DNA of 64,000 nt from Protoeuglena noctilucae (Eukaryota): the NCBI GenBank assembly GCA_958009085.1, contig OY253683.1:868001-932000 (forward strand), given 5' to 3'. The notes under the pieces were generated by a model. That model searched no databases. It was not told the DNA's origin and saw only the letters and a program-made list of their open reading frames with translations. Shown piece by piece: positions 13,696 to 25,479 of this stretch. A program made the translations under genes and the position numbers. How positions within the stretch are numbered: position 1 is the stretch's first letter; each line of letters begins with the position of its first letter.

Positions 13696-16600
13696 TCACG
13701 CCTTGACATCCGCGAGCCTCCCCAGCACCGTCAGGCACAGCTGGAAGAACGGAGCGACCGTGCTCACATCCACACGCTCATCGGGAGAATGTGCTCCAGT
13801 GATGGTCGGCCCAAAGGACACCATGTCCATGCCCGGCGCGCGCTCCCCGATAATCCCGCACTCCAGCCCCGCGTGGATGGCGCCGACGACGGGATTTGAT
13901 CCGTTTGACATGTTGGCGTATTCCTTTTTCACCACTTGCACGACTTGCGAGGAGGGGTCGGGGGCCCATCCGGGATAGGATGCCTCGCGAGTGACGGTGG
14001 CGCCGTGGGACTCGGAGATGAACTGGATGTGGTCACTGGGAAGGAGGGAATAGGGGAAGGGAGGGGGTAACGAGGTAAGACGTCACCGCAGCAACTTGAG
14101 CGTGTGCGTCATGCATACGGTTCATGTTGTGATCGACTGTATCCGGATGCCCCACTCAGCCAGTCAACCACCCCCACATCCCACCACCCCCCTCACCGCA
14201 GCTCCTCCAGTGCGTGTGTCATGCTCGACCGAGTGCACGTCACGATTTCAAACGCCACCCCATCTCCACCCTCCACCCCGTTACCCCCATCGCCCCTCCG
14301 CACGCTCGCCACGTTGTTCGACGTCTCCACCAGTCCCGGCAGCGCGTGGGACATCTTGTGAACGCCGTGGGGCAGAGATCGCAGCAGCCGCAACAGGCGA
14401 GTGGCGGAGGAGGGGGTGAGGGCGGTGGTGGGTTCGGGTGCGGGTGCGGGTGTGTGTGCAGAGTCGCTGTGCTCGGTGAGTGATACCAGGAGGTGTTTCT
14501 CGAGGTATCCGTACTCCAGGGACATCTGGGGGGGGAGGGAGGGGGATGGGGATGAGAGTGGGGGGTGAGGGGGCGTGAGGGGTATGGAACATGAGCGGGG
14601 TGAGGGGGGGTGGGACATGATGGATGTGTGTGGCGTTGGTGGGGGGGGGGGAAGGAGCCTGTTCCGCAATCACCAGTAGTACCACCTCACTATCCACGAC
14701 AGTCACAGCCACCATACCCCCCCTCCCTCGCCTGTTCCGCGAATATCAGCACCACCTCAGTCACCATCTACTGCAGTCACCCCCACCATCGCCTGCCCCT
14801 CGCCTGTTCCGCGAATATCTGCGCCGCCGCCACCGCGCGCCCCTCGCTCCCCGCGGGCACCGCCACCGCCGCCCACCCCTCGCGCGAGATGGCGTTGCGC
14901 TTGTCGCCTGCACGCATGTCCAGCAGCCGTGCACCGGGGACAGCATGAGCACGCGAGCTGCACCCGCTGCCACCATCTGCGTCGCGTTGCCGCGGCCCTC
15001 GTGGATGTTGAGGCCCGAGTGGCCGCCCATGAGGCCTGGGGGGGGGGGGGGTTGGGGGTGTGGGTGTGGGTGTGGGTGCAGGTGAGGGTGGGGGTGTGGG
15101 TGGGGGTATGGGTATGGGTGTGAATGGGGGTGAGGGTGTGGGTGGGGGTATGGGTATGGGTATGGGTGTGAATGGGGGTGAGGGTGTGGGTGGGGGTATG
15201 GGTATGGGTGTGGGTGGGAGTGAGGGCGGTGCTGGTGAGTGGGAGTGGCAGGTGTTCCACAGGCACGCTCGCAGTTGCGATGCCAACCATGCGTGATTGT
15301 TTGTCATGACAACAGATGCTTAGCCACAATGTCGCCACCCCCATCCCCCCCTCATCCGTCACACTCAGCCACACCATCCCCTCCCCCATCACCACCCATC
15401 CCTCCCACCGCCCCCTCACCCGTCACGCTCAGCCGCATCGTCACCATCCCCTCCTTCATCCCCTCCGTCTCCACCAGCACACGTATCTTGGTGTCCCCAC
15501 CCCCCGCGCACCCCACAAACACGTGACCCCAGTCCTCGGAGTCGAGATTCAGCAACGTGCGGCCCGTCAGCATCGATCCGTCCAATTGGAATGCCCCGGT
15601 CATGCCCGTCTCCTCATCCACCGTGAACTGAGGGCGCGCGTTGATTGGGGGGGTGTGGTTGGTGATAGTACGGGGAGTGGCATGTGGGCATCGCATATGG
15701 AGTGGCGTGGATATCATGGTATGTGATGTTGAAGTGCACAGAGACGCCGAGTAACATCGATGCACGTTGAAGGCGCAGGTGGCGCGTGTTGTGCAAATAC
15801 AGCAAGCGCAGGTGGGGGTGCAAGGGGGCTGGTAAGATCTATGGCGGCACTCCAGAGGCGGCAGCTGGGCAGTGGTAGGCATGTGAAGCATTGCCATCCT
15901 CACCAGTCACTATAACACCGCGCTTAATCATTAACCCCTTTCCATTCATTCCCATCCCTCACCAGGCACTCCAGGGGCGGCAGCTTGGCCGATGCGGGCA
16001 TGTCCAGCAGAGCGAGTGCCGTGGCTGCACCCACACCATTGTCAGCACCCAGCGTCGTCCCCACCGCCGCAATCCAATCCCCGTCACGCTTGCACCGCAC
16101 GGGGTCCTTCAGGAAATCGTGCTCCACGTCCGCGTTCTGCGAATAGACCCACAGTGATGTAGGTATTGTGTTATGAGTCACTCCAGCTGGGCTGGGCTGG
16201 GCTGGGCTGGGGCGGTCACGTTCGGGAGCGCTCGAGGGCAAGCAAGCGGCCGCACACTGTGACGCGGCCAGGGGGCCCGTGACACCGCCGTAACGATGCA
16301 CAGTGTGCCTCTTGCAACTATTACTGTCTTTTAGAACACGTATCTCCTCGCCTTCTCGGTGACCATGTCGACGTGGTTCTGCACCGCCACCGGCACGGCC
16401 CCCTCGCCGCCCCCGGACCCGGGCCGGCGCACGACGAGGTTGCCCACGGCGTCGCGCTGCCACTTAAGCCCACGCTCCTCGGCGAACGCGACGATGTAGT
16501 CCATTACGCGCTGCTCCTTGCCAGACGGGCGCGGGATGTTGGTCAGCGCGAAGAAGTGGGGCCACACGGGCGTCTGCGCCTCCTCCGGACCTGCGAGGCC

Positions 16601-16715
16601 ACGCGGTGGGAAGAATAGTGATCGGAAAAAGCCGCGTGGGGGCGCACGAGGGGCGCGAGGGCCGCGATGGCTCACGGAGGAGGGCGAGCTTTTCCTCGAG
16701 CGTGGTGGCGACCAT
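13696..16715 (-). CDS. pepD: Aminoacyl-histidine dipeptidase (peptidase M20C), multi-exon
   Basis: IPRPSGKE, QNHVDMVTEK|NADVEHDF, GTTLGADNGVG, FTVDEETGMTGA, LLNLDSED, GGHSGLNIHEGRGNA, LVETSNNVA, IHAGLECG, SFGPTITGAHSPDE. Confidence 0.95.
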
Positions 16716-17155
16716 CGGAGCCGCCGCGACGGAAACCGCGATGTCGCGCGGGGAACAGGCGGTGGATAGCTGCGCGCTGCGGCCTCCTTGCGCGGATCGG
16801 GGGGTCCACGAGTGCACACGGCGCCACAGGGCCAGCCTCATGGACGCGGGGCCGCGGCGACGAGGGTGGCTGACACGCGACGACGAGGGGATGCAGCGCG
16901 TGTCCTGGACGGATATGCCGCCCGACGCGCCGGTGGGACGGGCATGAAGCGGCTCGCGGGCGCCGGTTTCAGGGCGCTCGATGCGCCAGAGGGTGCCGAA
17001 GTGCGTCGCCGGGCCGGGGCTTTTTGGGTCGGCGTCACCGGATTCGGTCTCAGAAATGTAGTGCTAATAGATGGGCGAAGTTTTGGGAGGGGCCGTATAC
17101 TGTACCTGGACGCACGTTTCCGCATAGATATACTGTGATTTCGACATTTCTCATC

Positions 17156-17275
17156 GTGAGCGGATCAAACCACCGAGAAAATACCTGGTCCCATAAAAAC
17201 CCAGAAGTCAAGCTCGGTTGGGCTGGATCAGTACGGAGGTGGGGGACCACTCTGGAACCTCCAGTGTCCGCTTGC
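17156..17275 (+). rRNA. 5S rRNA gene (120 nt)
   Basis: Helix I GTGAGCGGAT/GTCCGCTTGC, Box A-like AGTCAAGC, CAGTAC element, Box C-like GGTGGGGGACCAC, GGAA motif. The layout matches eukaryotic 5S. TATA-like GATATAC lies ~30 nt upstream. Confidence 0.92.
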
Positions 17276-17281
17276 CGACCC

Positions 17282-17285
17282 TTTT
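17282..17285 (+). terminator. Pol III oligo-T terminator of the 5S gene
   Basis: TTTT 6 nt after the 5S 3' end. It is also present in the inverted copy (AAAA at 24858-24861). Confidence 0.7.
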
Positions 17286-17451
17286 GTCTCCTAATCGAGT
17301 CGCGGCGGTGCATTTACCCTACCCGGTCGCGGCCTTTCCCCGACGCGGGCTCCTTTTTGCGCCAGACGTTTTACTTTTGCATGTCTTGCCGGAAAATCGG
17401 GCCGGGCCGAGCGCGGATGCAAAATTTATACCCCTAGCCCTCTGCAGCCAT

Positions 17452-19167
17452 GCCACACCCTTCTCACGGACCACGCCCCCCCACACACCTCACCTCACAC
17501 GCCCAACCAGACTCGCCCTTTTCGCAAACCCTCCTGCCCCACGCACTCCCCCCCTAGCTGCACAGGTAAGGCTCAGCACCCTCTCCTCACAGCTAATGCC
17601 CAGGTGAGCACTCGCACCCCTCAGCGCATCACTCCCCACGCACCAAGCACCACACACTGATCCAGCACAGCATCTGCACCTCCTGACCTCCCCCAATCAC
17701 GCACAGACCTCCTCGCATCCTCCCACGACCACCCTCTTTGCCAGCCGCAGGTCAGGACCCACACCGACACTCATCCTCCGTCACGCACACCGTCACCTCT
17801 CCCTGACCGCAGACCTGGACGGACGCGCACACGCACCCTTGCCTCACCCCTAGCCCTCTGCAGCCATGCCTCGCAGGCCCTTGGTGTCCCACAGCCGCCA
17901 GCGCTCACCCGTGGGGCGTCTGCTCCGTCGCCGTTGCGGCGCGCCCCGCACACCCACGGTACTGCGCGTGCCGCGTGGCCTCCCCGCCCGTGGTCCTTCA
18001 GGGGCTCTGGCGCTGGTCGGGTGGGTCCGCGTGGGGGTCGCCAACGCGTCGCCTGTGCTCCAGCCAACGTGAGAGACCAGCCCCGCGGGGGGGGCTGGCA
18101 AAGGGTGCGACGAGGGACAAACGTCGGGGCAGAGCTGGCAGCAACGGGTCGATGGGCTCAGACAGTGGCGAAAGACGTGGCGCCCGTGGGGTGGAACGCC
18201 GGGGATGTCGTGGGAACACCCGGCAGTGGCGCAGAACGGACCAGGCGCCACAGGATCAGAGAGCGGCGTGGCTGCGACGAGGCGGGGAGAGTGGGAGCGC
18301 AAGCGGGGCCGGAGGGCCTGTCTTTGGGAGTCTGCTGAGGAGGCCCTGCAGGAGAGCAACGGACGGCGAGGGGTGCTGGCGCCCGGCGGGGGCGACCCCT
18401 CGCACGACAAACAGCAGGGCAGCGGGCTTTTGAGGGCGGGCGCGATGGCAGCGCGGCAAGAGCGAGCGGCGGCGGCGAGAGTAACACAAGGGGCATCGAA
18501 TGGTGTGGGTGGGCATGGGCTGAGCGACACAGGGGTGTCGGGTGTTTGGGGGGGCGACGGGGGCGCGAGGCAGGCCACGGTTATCAGGGCGCGCGGGTGC
18601 GCGTGAGCGGGGGGCAGGCCTCGGTTATCAGGCGCGCGGGTGCGCGGAGCGGGAGGTGGGCCAAGGTCGTCAGCGTTAAAGGGCCAGGGTCGCCACAGCG
18701 TCGGTTGAAGGTCGTCAGCGCATTTGGCCAAGGTCGTCAGCGTGATAGGCCAAGGTCGTCAGCGTGATGGGCCAAGGTCGTCAGCGTGACAGGCCAAGGT
18801 CATCTGGGCGTGTGGGGGCGAGGAGTTGAGGGACGGGACAAGGCCGACGGGCGCGGGAGAGGACGGGCCACGGGCCAAGGTCGACGTGCGGGAGCGAGGA
18901 GCGGGGTCGCGTCGTGGGTCTCTGGGCACACGGCCGAGTGGGTCGTGCCGGCGCACGCACCCGGAGCGGGGCGGTCTGGGGCGGTCCACATGAGAGGCAG
19001 CCGGCCCTCAGGGGCGCAGCGTGGGCGAGCGGGGCGCCCAGGGGCAACGCTGCGCCCCCCAAGGAACGCCGTCTGCGTTCGGACCGCCCCCACCGCCCTC
19101 GCGTCCGGGCCAGCGTGGCCGGGTGGGCGAGCCAGCCGGGCCGCCTGAGGAGGATGGGAGGAGGGTA
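17452..19167 (+). repeat. Left arm of ~1.7-kb inverted repeat; probably a short 5'-truncated copy of the retroelement's 3' region
   Basis: Reverse complement of 19713-21421 with scattered substitutions and indels. Ends at the N gap. Confidence 0.9.
18659..18802. repeat. ~20-bp GGCCAAGGTCGTCAGCG subrepeats (mirror copy ~20078-20200)
   Basis: Several tandem imperfect copies are visible in both arms. Confidence 0.85.
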
Positions 19168-19367
19168 NNNNNNNNNNNNNNNNNNNNNNNNNNNNNNNNN
19201 NNNNNNNNNNNNNNNNNNNNNNNNNNNNNNNNNNNNNNNNNNNNNNNNNNNNNNNNNNNNNNNNNNNNNNNNNNNNNNNNNNNNNNNNNNNNNNNNNNNN
19301 NNNNNNNNNNNNNNNNNNNNNNNNNNNNNNNNNNNNNNNNNNNNNNNNNNNNNNNNNNNNNNNNNNN
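19168..19367. other. Assembly gap (N run)
   Basis: About 200 N bases. Confidence 1.
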
Positions 19368-22300
19368 TCAACAGTCGAGGGGTGCTATGACTCTCAGAGC
19401 CACGCCTTGCGGCAAAAGTGCCGTCCCCCGGGGCAGCTGACACCCCGGGGTTTCCATCGTTGCAGTGCATTTGGCACGTGGCCCGCCCCCGCTAGGTCTC
19501 CCCACCCAAAGGCAAAGGGGTCGCCCACCCCGGGTTCTTGCACCCCTAGCCCCCTCGCTGCGCCCTAAGGCTGAATCGCCGTCCCGGAGTGGGACGATGC
19601 AGCCGCGGGGGCCCTCCGTGGAGACCCCCGGGCGTCTATTACAAAAGGTGAGGCCGAGGCTAATGACGATCTGTGTAGCTTATGTGCGGCCAATCATGAC
19701 ATCCCCCGCTCCCTACCCTCCTCCCATCCTCCTCAGGCGGCCCGGCTGGCTCGCCCACCCGGCCACGCTGGCCCGGACGCGAGGGCGGTGGGGGCGGTCC
19801 GAACGCAGACGGCGTTCCTTGGGGGGCGCAGCGTTGCCCCTGGGCGCCCCGCTCGCCCACGCTGCGCCCCTGAGGGCCGGCTGCCTCTCATGTGGACCGC
19901 CCCAGACCGCCCCGCTCCGGGTGCGTGCGCCGGCACGACCCACTCGGCCGTGTGCCCAGAGACCCACGACGCGACCCCGCTCCTCGCTCCCGCACGTCGA
20001 CCTTGGCCCGTGGCCCGTCCTCTCCCACGCCCGTCGGCCTTGTCCCGTCCCTCATCTCCTCGCCCCCACACGCCCAGATGACCTTGGCCTGTCACGCTGA
20101 CGACCTTGGAGTATCGTTTTGACGACCTTGGCCAAATGCGCTGACGACCTTCAACCGACGCTGTGGCGACCCTGGCCCTTTAACGCTGACGACCTTGGCC
20201 CACCTCCCGCTCCGCGCACCCGCGCGCCTGATAACCGAGGCCTGCCCCCCGCTCACGCGCCCCTGCGCATCCAGAGGACCTCGGCCTGCCTCGCGCCCCC
20301 GTCGCCCCCCAAACACCCGACACCCCTGTGTCGCCCAGCCCATGCCCCCCCACACCACTCGTTGCCCCTTGTGTTACTCTCGCCGCCGCCGCTCGCTCTT
20401 GCCGCGCTGCCATCGCGCCCGCCCCCAAAAGCCCGCTGCCCTGCTGTGTGTCGTGCGAGGGGTCGCCCCCGCCAGCGCAACCATGCCGGGCGCCAGCACC
20501 CCACGCCGTCCGTTGCTCTCCTGCAGGGCCTCCTCAGCAGACTCCCAAAGACAGGCCCTCCGGCCCCGCTTGCGCTCCCACTCTCCCCGCCTCGTCGCAG
20601 CCACACCGCTCTCTGATCCTGTGGCGCCTGGTCCGTTCTGCGCCACTGCCGGGTGTTCCCACGACATCCCCGGCGTTCCACCCCACGGGCGCCACGTCTC
20701 TCGCCACTGTCTGAGCCCATCGACCCGTTGCTGCCAGCTCTGCCCCGACGTTTGTCCCCCGTCGCACCCTTTGCCAGCCCCCCCCAACCGGGCTGGTCTC
20801 TCACGTTGGCTGGAGCACAGGCGACGCGCTGGCGACCCCCACGCGGACCCACCCGACCAGCGCCAGAGCCCCTGAAGGGCCACGGGCGGGGAGGCCACGC
20901 GGCACGCGCAGCACCGTGGGTGTGCTGGGCGCGCCGCAACGGCGACGGAGCAGACGCCCCACGGGTGAGCGCTGGCGGCTGTGGGACACCAAGGGCCTGC
21001 GAGGCATGGCTGCAGAGGGCTAGGGGTGAGGCAAGGGTGCGTGTGCGCGTCCGTCCAGGTCTGCGGTCAGGGAGAGGTGCCGGTGTGCGTGACGGAGGAT
21101 GAGTGTTGGTGTGGGTCCTGACCTGCGGCTGGCAAAGAGGGTGGCCGTGGGAGGATGTGAGGAGGTCTGTGCGTGATTGGGGGAGGTCAGGAGGTGCAGA
21201 TGCTGTGCTGGATCAGTGTGTGGTGCTTGGTGCGTGGGGAGTGATGCGCTGAGGGAGGCGTGTGCTCACCTGGGCATTAGCTGTGAGGAGAGGGTGCTGA
21301 GCATTACCTGTGCAGCTAGGGGGGGAGTGCGTGGGGCAGGAGGGCTTGCGAAAAGGGCGAGTCTGGTTGGGCGTGTGAGGTGAGGTGTGTGGGGGGGCGT
21401 GTTCCGTAAGAAGGGTGTGGCGTGGGGCTGGCAGGAGGAGGGGTGGGAGATGATGCGTGCTGAGCAGGAAGGTGGTTTATGTGGGGGTCCATGTGGAAGA
21501 GGAGAGGGGGTTGAGAGGTGAATGTGTGTATGTCAGTGGTGATGCGCAGTGAGTGGGCAAGAGTGGTGCTGAGCGGCGAGATCGGGAGATGAGTGACGAG
21601 GGTGCGTGCAGAGAGTTAGAGGGCGTGTGTGGTCTGGTTGGAAGAGGCATCTACCTGTTAGCTGCGGGCATGGACGGGGAGGCGTGGCATGCGGGTGAGT
21701 GCTGCTGGGGCAGGGTGCGTGTGCAGTGAGATGTGGGGGGTGGAAAGTGTGCGTCATAGGAAGGCAGTGGGCTGGCTTAGGGACCTGGTGGGAGCAATGC
21801 GGTCGGGTGGATGTGGGAGTAATGCAGATTGGGGTGGGGTGGCATGGCCGGCTGCGGGGAAGGTGTAGAGCAGGCGTGTGAGTAAAGCTGTCGAGTGTGC
21901 GTCCGAGAATCTGCGAGGCATGCGAGAGATGGAGCGTGGGTGCGCAGAAGCCCTTGGTGTCCCGAGCGCCGGCACCCTCCCCGTGAGACGCCCGCCCTTG
22001 CCGCCACAGCGCGCCCCACGCCCCTGCGGCTGCGCGGGCATCGCGTGGACCCCCCCGCCCGCGGCCCCTCTCAGGCTCCGGCTCCGGCCAGGCAGCCCAG
22101 GGGGTCGCCGGTGGCGCCGCCGTGCGGTACTCCAGCCCATATCATCCTGGGTACAGGGGAGCTTGTTTTAGCCGGCAGACGGGCTCTTCCGTAGATGCTC
22201 AGTGTGGCCGTGGACGCCCCAGTTGGCCGGGGCGCCGATGCCGGAACGAGCAGCCCGAAGGCCACCCGTCCGGCGCCGGCGCCCCGGCCCGAATGTCGTG

Positions 22301-24722
22301 GGGTGATGGCGTGCTGCGAATGATGAGGCCCCCTCAGGGGAGTAGCGGCTCGACGGCTGCCCATGTGGGCGCAGTGTAGGTGAAGGTGGACCTCGCCGGG
22401 TCCCTTGGGTGTAAGAGGGCGTCGTCAGGGTGCGTGCAGCGCGCGAGGGCCCGCCCGCCCCGGTACGCCGCCAGAGCGACAAGCTCCTCGGCCATAATGC
22501 GCGTCATCTGCGCGAACAGCTGTGCCGGGGACGCATCCGCCCCCGCGTCCTTCGTCAGCTGCTGCCGCCTGCGCCAGATGACCTGCACGGTCGCCCCCGC
22601 CACGACCGCCCACGTGAGCGGCCCCAACCGCGCGCCCTCCGGCACGCGCAGCAGGAAGAGGGCCGACGGGCGGAGGGGCGCCCCCTGCGCCCCCCCCGCC
22701 CACGCCACGATGCCCCTCGCCACGCGCCACACCTCCCGCGCGCGCGAGCACTCCCAGAACGCGTGGGCCGCGCTGTCCTTTCCCATGCACGCCTCCCCCT
22801 CCTCCGTCAGCAGCGGGCACTCGTCCCGCTCCGCCCAGTACATCCTGTCCTGCGTAGCCCACCCGTCCGCCAGCGTCAGCCACAGCCGCTCGTGCAGGGC
22901 GTCCGACAGCGGCAGCCCGTTCAGCGCCACCAGCGTGCGCCTCAAGCCCTCTCCCGTGACGCCGTGCCCCTCCCCCAGCGCCGCCGCCCAGCCCTCCGCC
23001 TTGCGCTCCAGCCGCTGCCGGATCGCCGCCCTGTCACACGTCGTCCTCGCCGCCTCCCGCACCGTCTAGGAGGCTAGGTCCAGCGCCGCCCTGGAGGCGA
23101 CGCCGGGGTCCAGTGCCCAGCCCGGCGCGGTGGCCGTCATGGGCCGGTAGAAGTCGTTGGCCTCCCCGCCGCCCGGGGAGGCAAGTCGCAGGCGCTCCAT
23201 GAAACCCTCCGTGAGCGCCAGCCCGTCCCACGGGTCCCATTGCCCCTCCACGTCTGGCCGGGCATACTCGTTGCCCGGCCCAAGGAGGCCCAGGTCCCGC
23301 ATAAAAGCCCCAACCACCCAGCCGAGGCCCCTCCGATCCACCCCCGGCAGCCGATCATAGCCCAGCGCGAACGCCCAGGAGACCCACGTGTCCCATCGCC
23401 GCGCCGGGTCCCGAATGCAGAGATAATGCCCCACAGTTCCGAATCCCCGTAACGCCATCGCCCTCCCCACCGGGTGCAGGAGGAGGGGCCGGCCGCCCCC
23501 CGCCGGCCGCCCAGCACCCCCCTCGTCGATCCCATCATCCGTATTGTCGTCGCCCGACGCGCCGTCGTGCACCCACGCCCCACCAGCCCTCCCATGGACG
23601 CCCGTCGCGAAGCTGTGGAGCGATGAGGCCGAATCGTCTTGGTCCTGTCCCATGTCGTTGTGGAGGGGGCCAGCTGCCCCCTCCATCGCCGGCGCCCCCA
23701 GGCCTGCCACCCCCGCGCCCGGAGCCCCCCCGCCGGCGGCACAGAGGACCCCCGGGGTGAGAAGCGACGCGCAGAGTAGATCCCCCTTTGTAGTCCCAGT
23801 GACGGGGGTGAAGAAGTCCGTAGAAGAGGCGAAACGAGAGCCGTCCGTGCCCGCCAGGCCCCCGCCGCCCACGCGCGCCCCCCGCCAGCCATGCCCGTCC
23901 ATGGCCACGTTGGACAGGCGGTCCGCCAGGGCGTTCTGCTCCCGTGGCACGTGCTCCCAAGTGATGTCGAGGCCCGCCGCGAGCCTCTGCGCCTCGGTCC
24001 ACAGCGGCACCATCGCCGGGTGCCGCAGCACCGAGCAGTCCCGCGGGTCCATGGCGCGGATGACGAGGAGGGAGTCCCCCCGGACGCGGAGCTTGGTGGC
24101 GCCGAGCTCGACTGCCGCGCGCAGCCCTCCCAAAAGCGCGGCGAACTCGGCCTGGTTGTTGGAGGCCCCGCGCACGGCGGGGCCCGCGAGCTCCAGCGTC
24201 TCCACCCCCTCGCCTGCCCCGGCCGCCAGCACCGCCCCCGCGCCAGCCGTGGACGTGTCGGAGCCGTTGCCCCGCGAGCCCCCGTCGAAAATGAGCGTCA
24301 GCAGGCCCTCCGCCGCCAGGCCGGTCCAGCGCTGCCGGGCGACCTCGTCCGTCGTGGGTGCCAGAGGTGGCCGCGCGTGCACGGGCCCGAGGGTCGCGCG
24401 CAGGGTCCCGAGGCCCTTGATGGCGTCGCAGAAGCTCTCGAGCGCCGGCAGCTTGCCCCGCAGGCGGCGGGACTCGATCAACTGCGCCACGTAGCAACCG
24501 TCCGTCTCGGGCAGTGAGAAGGGCAGCAGGCCCAGCCGGCCTGCCCCGAGCCCCTCCAGGCACGCCGTGAGGATGCCAGCGAGACCGTCCAACTGGCCGT
24601 GAGCGCCCACGCGCTTCGTGATGAGGGCGCGCGCCAGGTGCCGGAGCCGCCGCGCCGCCGTGTGCGCGTCCAGCGGGAGGGCGCCCAGCCCCCCCTCCTC
24701 CGGCGGGGGGGCATCCGCGCGT
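19368..24722 (-). mobile_element. 5'-truncated L1/Tx1-like non-LTR retrotransposon (ORF2 C-terminal part 24722-22334 plus long putative 3' region); 3' limit uncertain
   Basis: Post-RT PPEEGGLG motif. RNase H (FDGGSRGN, SNNQAEFAAL, GDSLLVI, HVPREQNALADRLSN). zf-RVT CCHC (CPL...C...DSAAHAFWEC...VW). RT core and endonuclease are absent. One in-frame TAG at 23066-23068. Confidence 0.85.
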
Positions 24723-24867
24723 GCATCCGCGCTCGGCCCGGCCCGATTTTCCGGCAAGACATGCAAAAGTAAAACGTCTGGCGCAAAAAGGAGCCCGCGT
24801 CGGGGAAAGGTCGCGATCGGGTAGGGTAAATGCACCGCCGCGACTCGATCAGGAGACAAAAGGGTCG

Positions 24868-24941
24868 GCAAGCGGACACTGGAGGTTCCAGAGTGGTCCC
24901 CCACCTCCGTACTGATCCAGCCCAACCGAGCTTGACTTCTG
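24868..24941 (-). pseudogene. 3' part (nt ~47-120) of the split 5S rRNA gene
   Basis: Reverse complement matches 17202-17275. Confidence 0.9.
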
Positions 24942-24947
24942 CACTGG

Positions 24948-25290
24948 CAGTCGTAGCCCCCCGGCCGGTTCTCGCACCTCCCCGCCCCGCACAGCCCCGG
25001 CGTCTCGGCGCACTCGTCCACGTCCACGCACCGCGCCCGGCCCCCGAACGTCCCCTGCCGGAACCCCTCCGCGCACTCGCACCGGTACGACCCCTCCTCG
25101 TTCACGCACGCCCCGTGCGGCCCGCACTCGTGGCTGCCGCTTGCACACTCGTCCACGTCCACACAGGTCGTCCCGTCAAACGCGTATCCCGCGTTGCACT
25201 TGCAAGTGAAGCTCCACCACTTGTTGACGCATTGCCCATGGGGCCCGCACAGTCCCCGGTCCAGCGCGCACTCGTCGACGTCCCAGACCC
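24948..25290 (-). pseudogene. Tandem calcium-binding EGF domain fragment (3 units), cut by the 5S junction
   Basis: DVDEC...C...C.N..GSY.C.C repeats. The third unit ends at GGYDCQC, then 5S sequence follows. Confidence 0.85.
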
Positions 25291-25479
25291 AGTCATGCAC
25301 AGCGCGGTAGCCCAGCACGGAAGAGATTGCCCACAGCACTGCGGGACAAGGAAACCTTGCAACCGTCATGTTTTGGATTGCGGCTGGCAGTGTTTTCCAA
25401 GCCTGCGCGTGTGGACCTGACCACATCGTTTGTGCATGTGTAGCGGAACGACACCATGGAGGTCGTCACAGCTACTCAC

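Larger units (their letters stand above)
16848..17420 (+). repeat. Left 5S rDNA unit (~308 bp upstream spacer + 5S + ~145 bp downstream); inverted partner split between 43657-44014 and 24723-24941
   Basis: Near-identical reverse-complement matches read directly: 16848-17204 with 44014-43657, and 17202-17420 with 24941-24723. Confidence 0.95.

Noticed and set aside
18659..18802. CRISPR-like array
   Set aside because: Repeats are near-contiguous without unique spacers, there are no cas genes, and the context is eukaryotic.
17771..21383. Long ORFs in the palindrome arms
   Set aside because: There are no domain motifs and frames differ between the arms, as expected in GC-rich DNA.
23066..25426. 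786-aa EGF-RNase H fusion ORF
   Set aside because: It reads through the 3' half of a 5S gene and its spacer. This is a chance in-frame join of three unrelated pieces.
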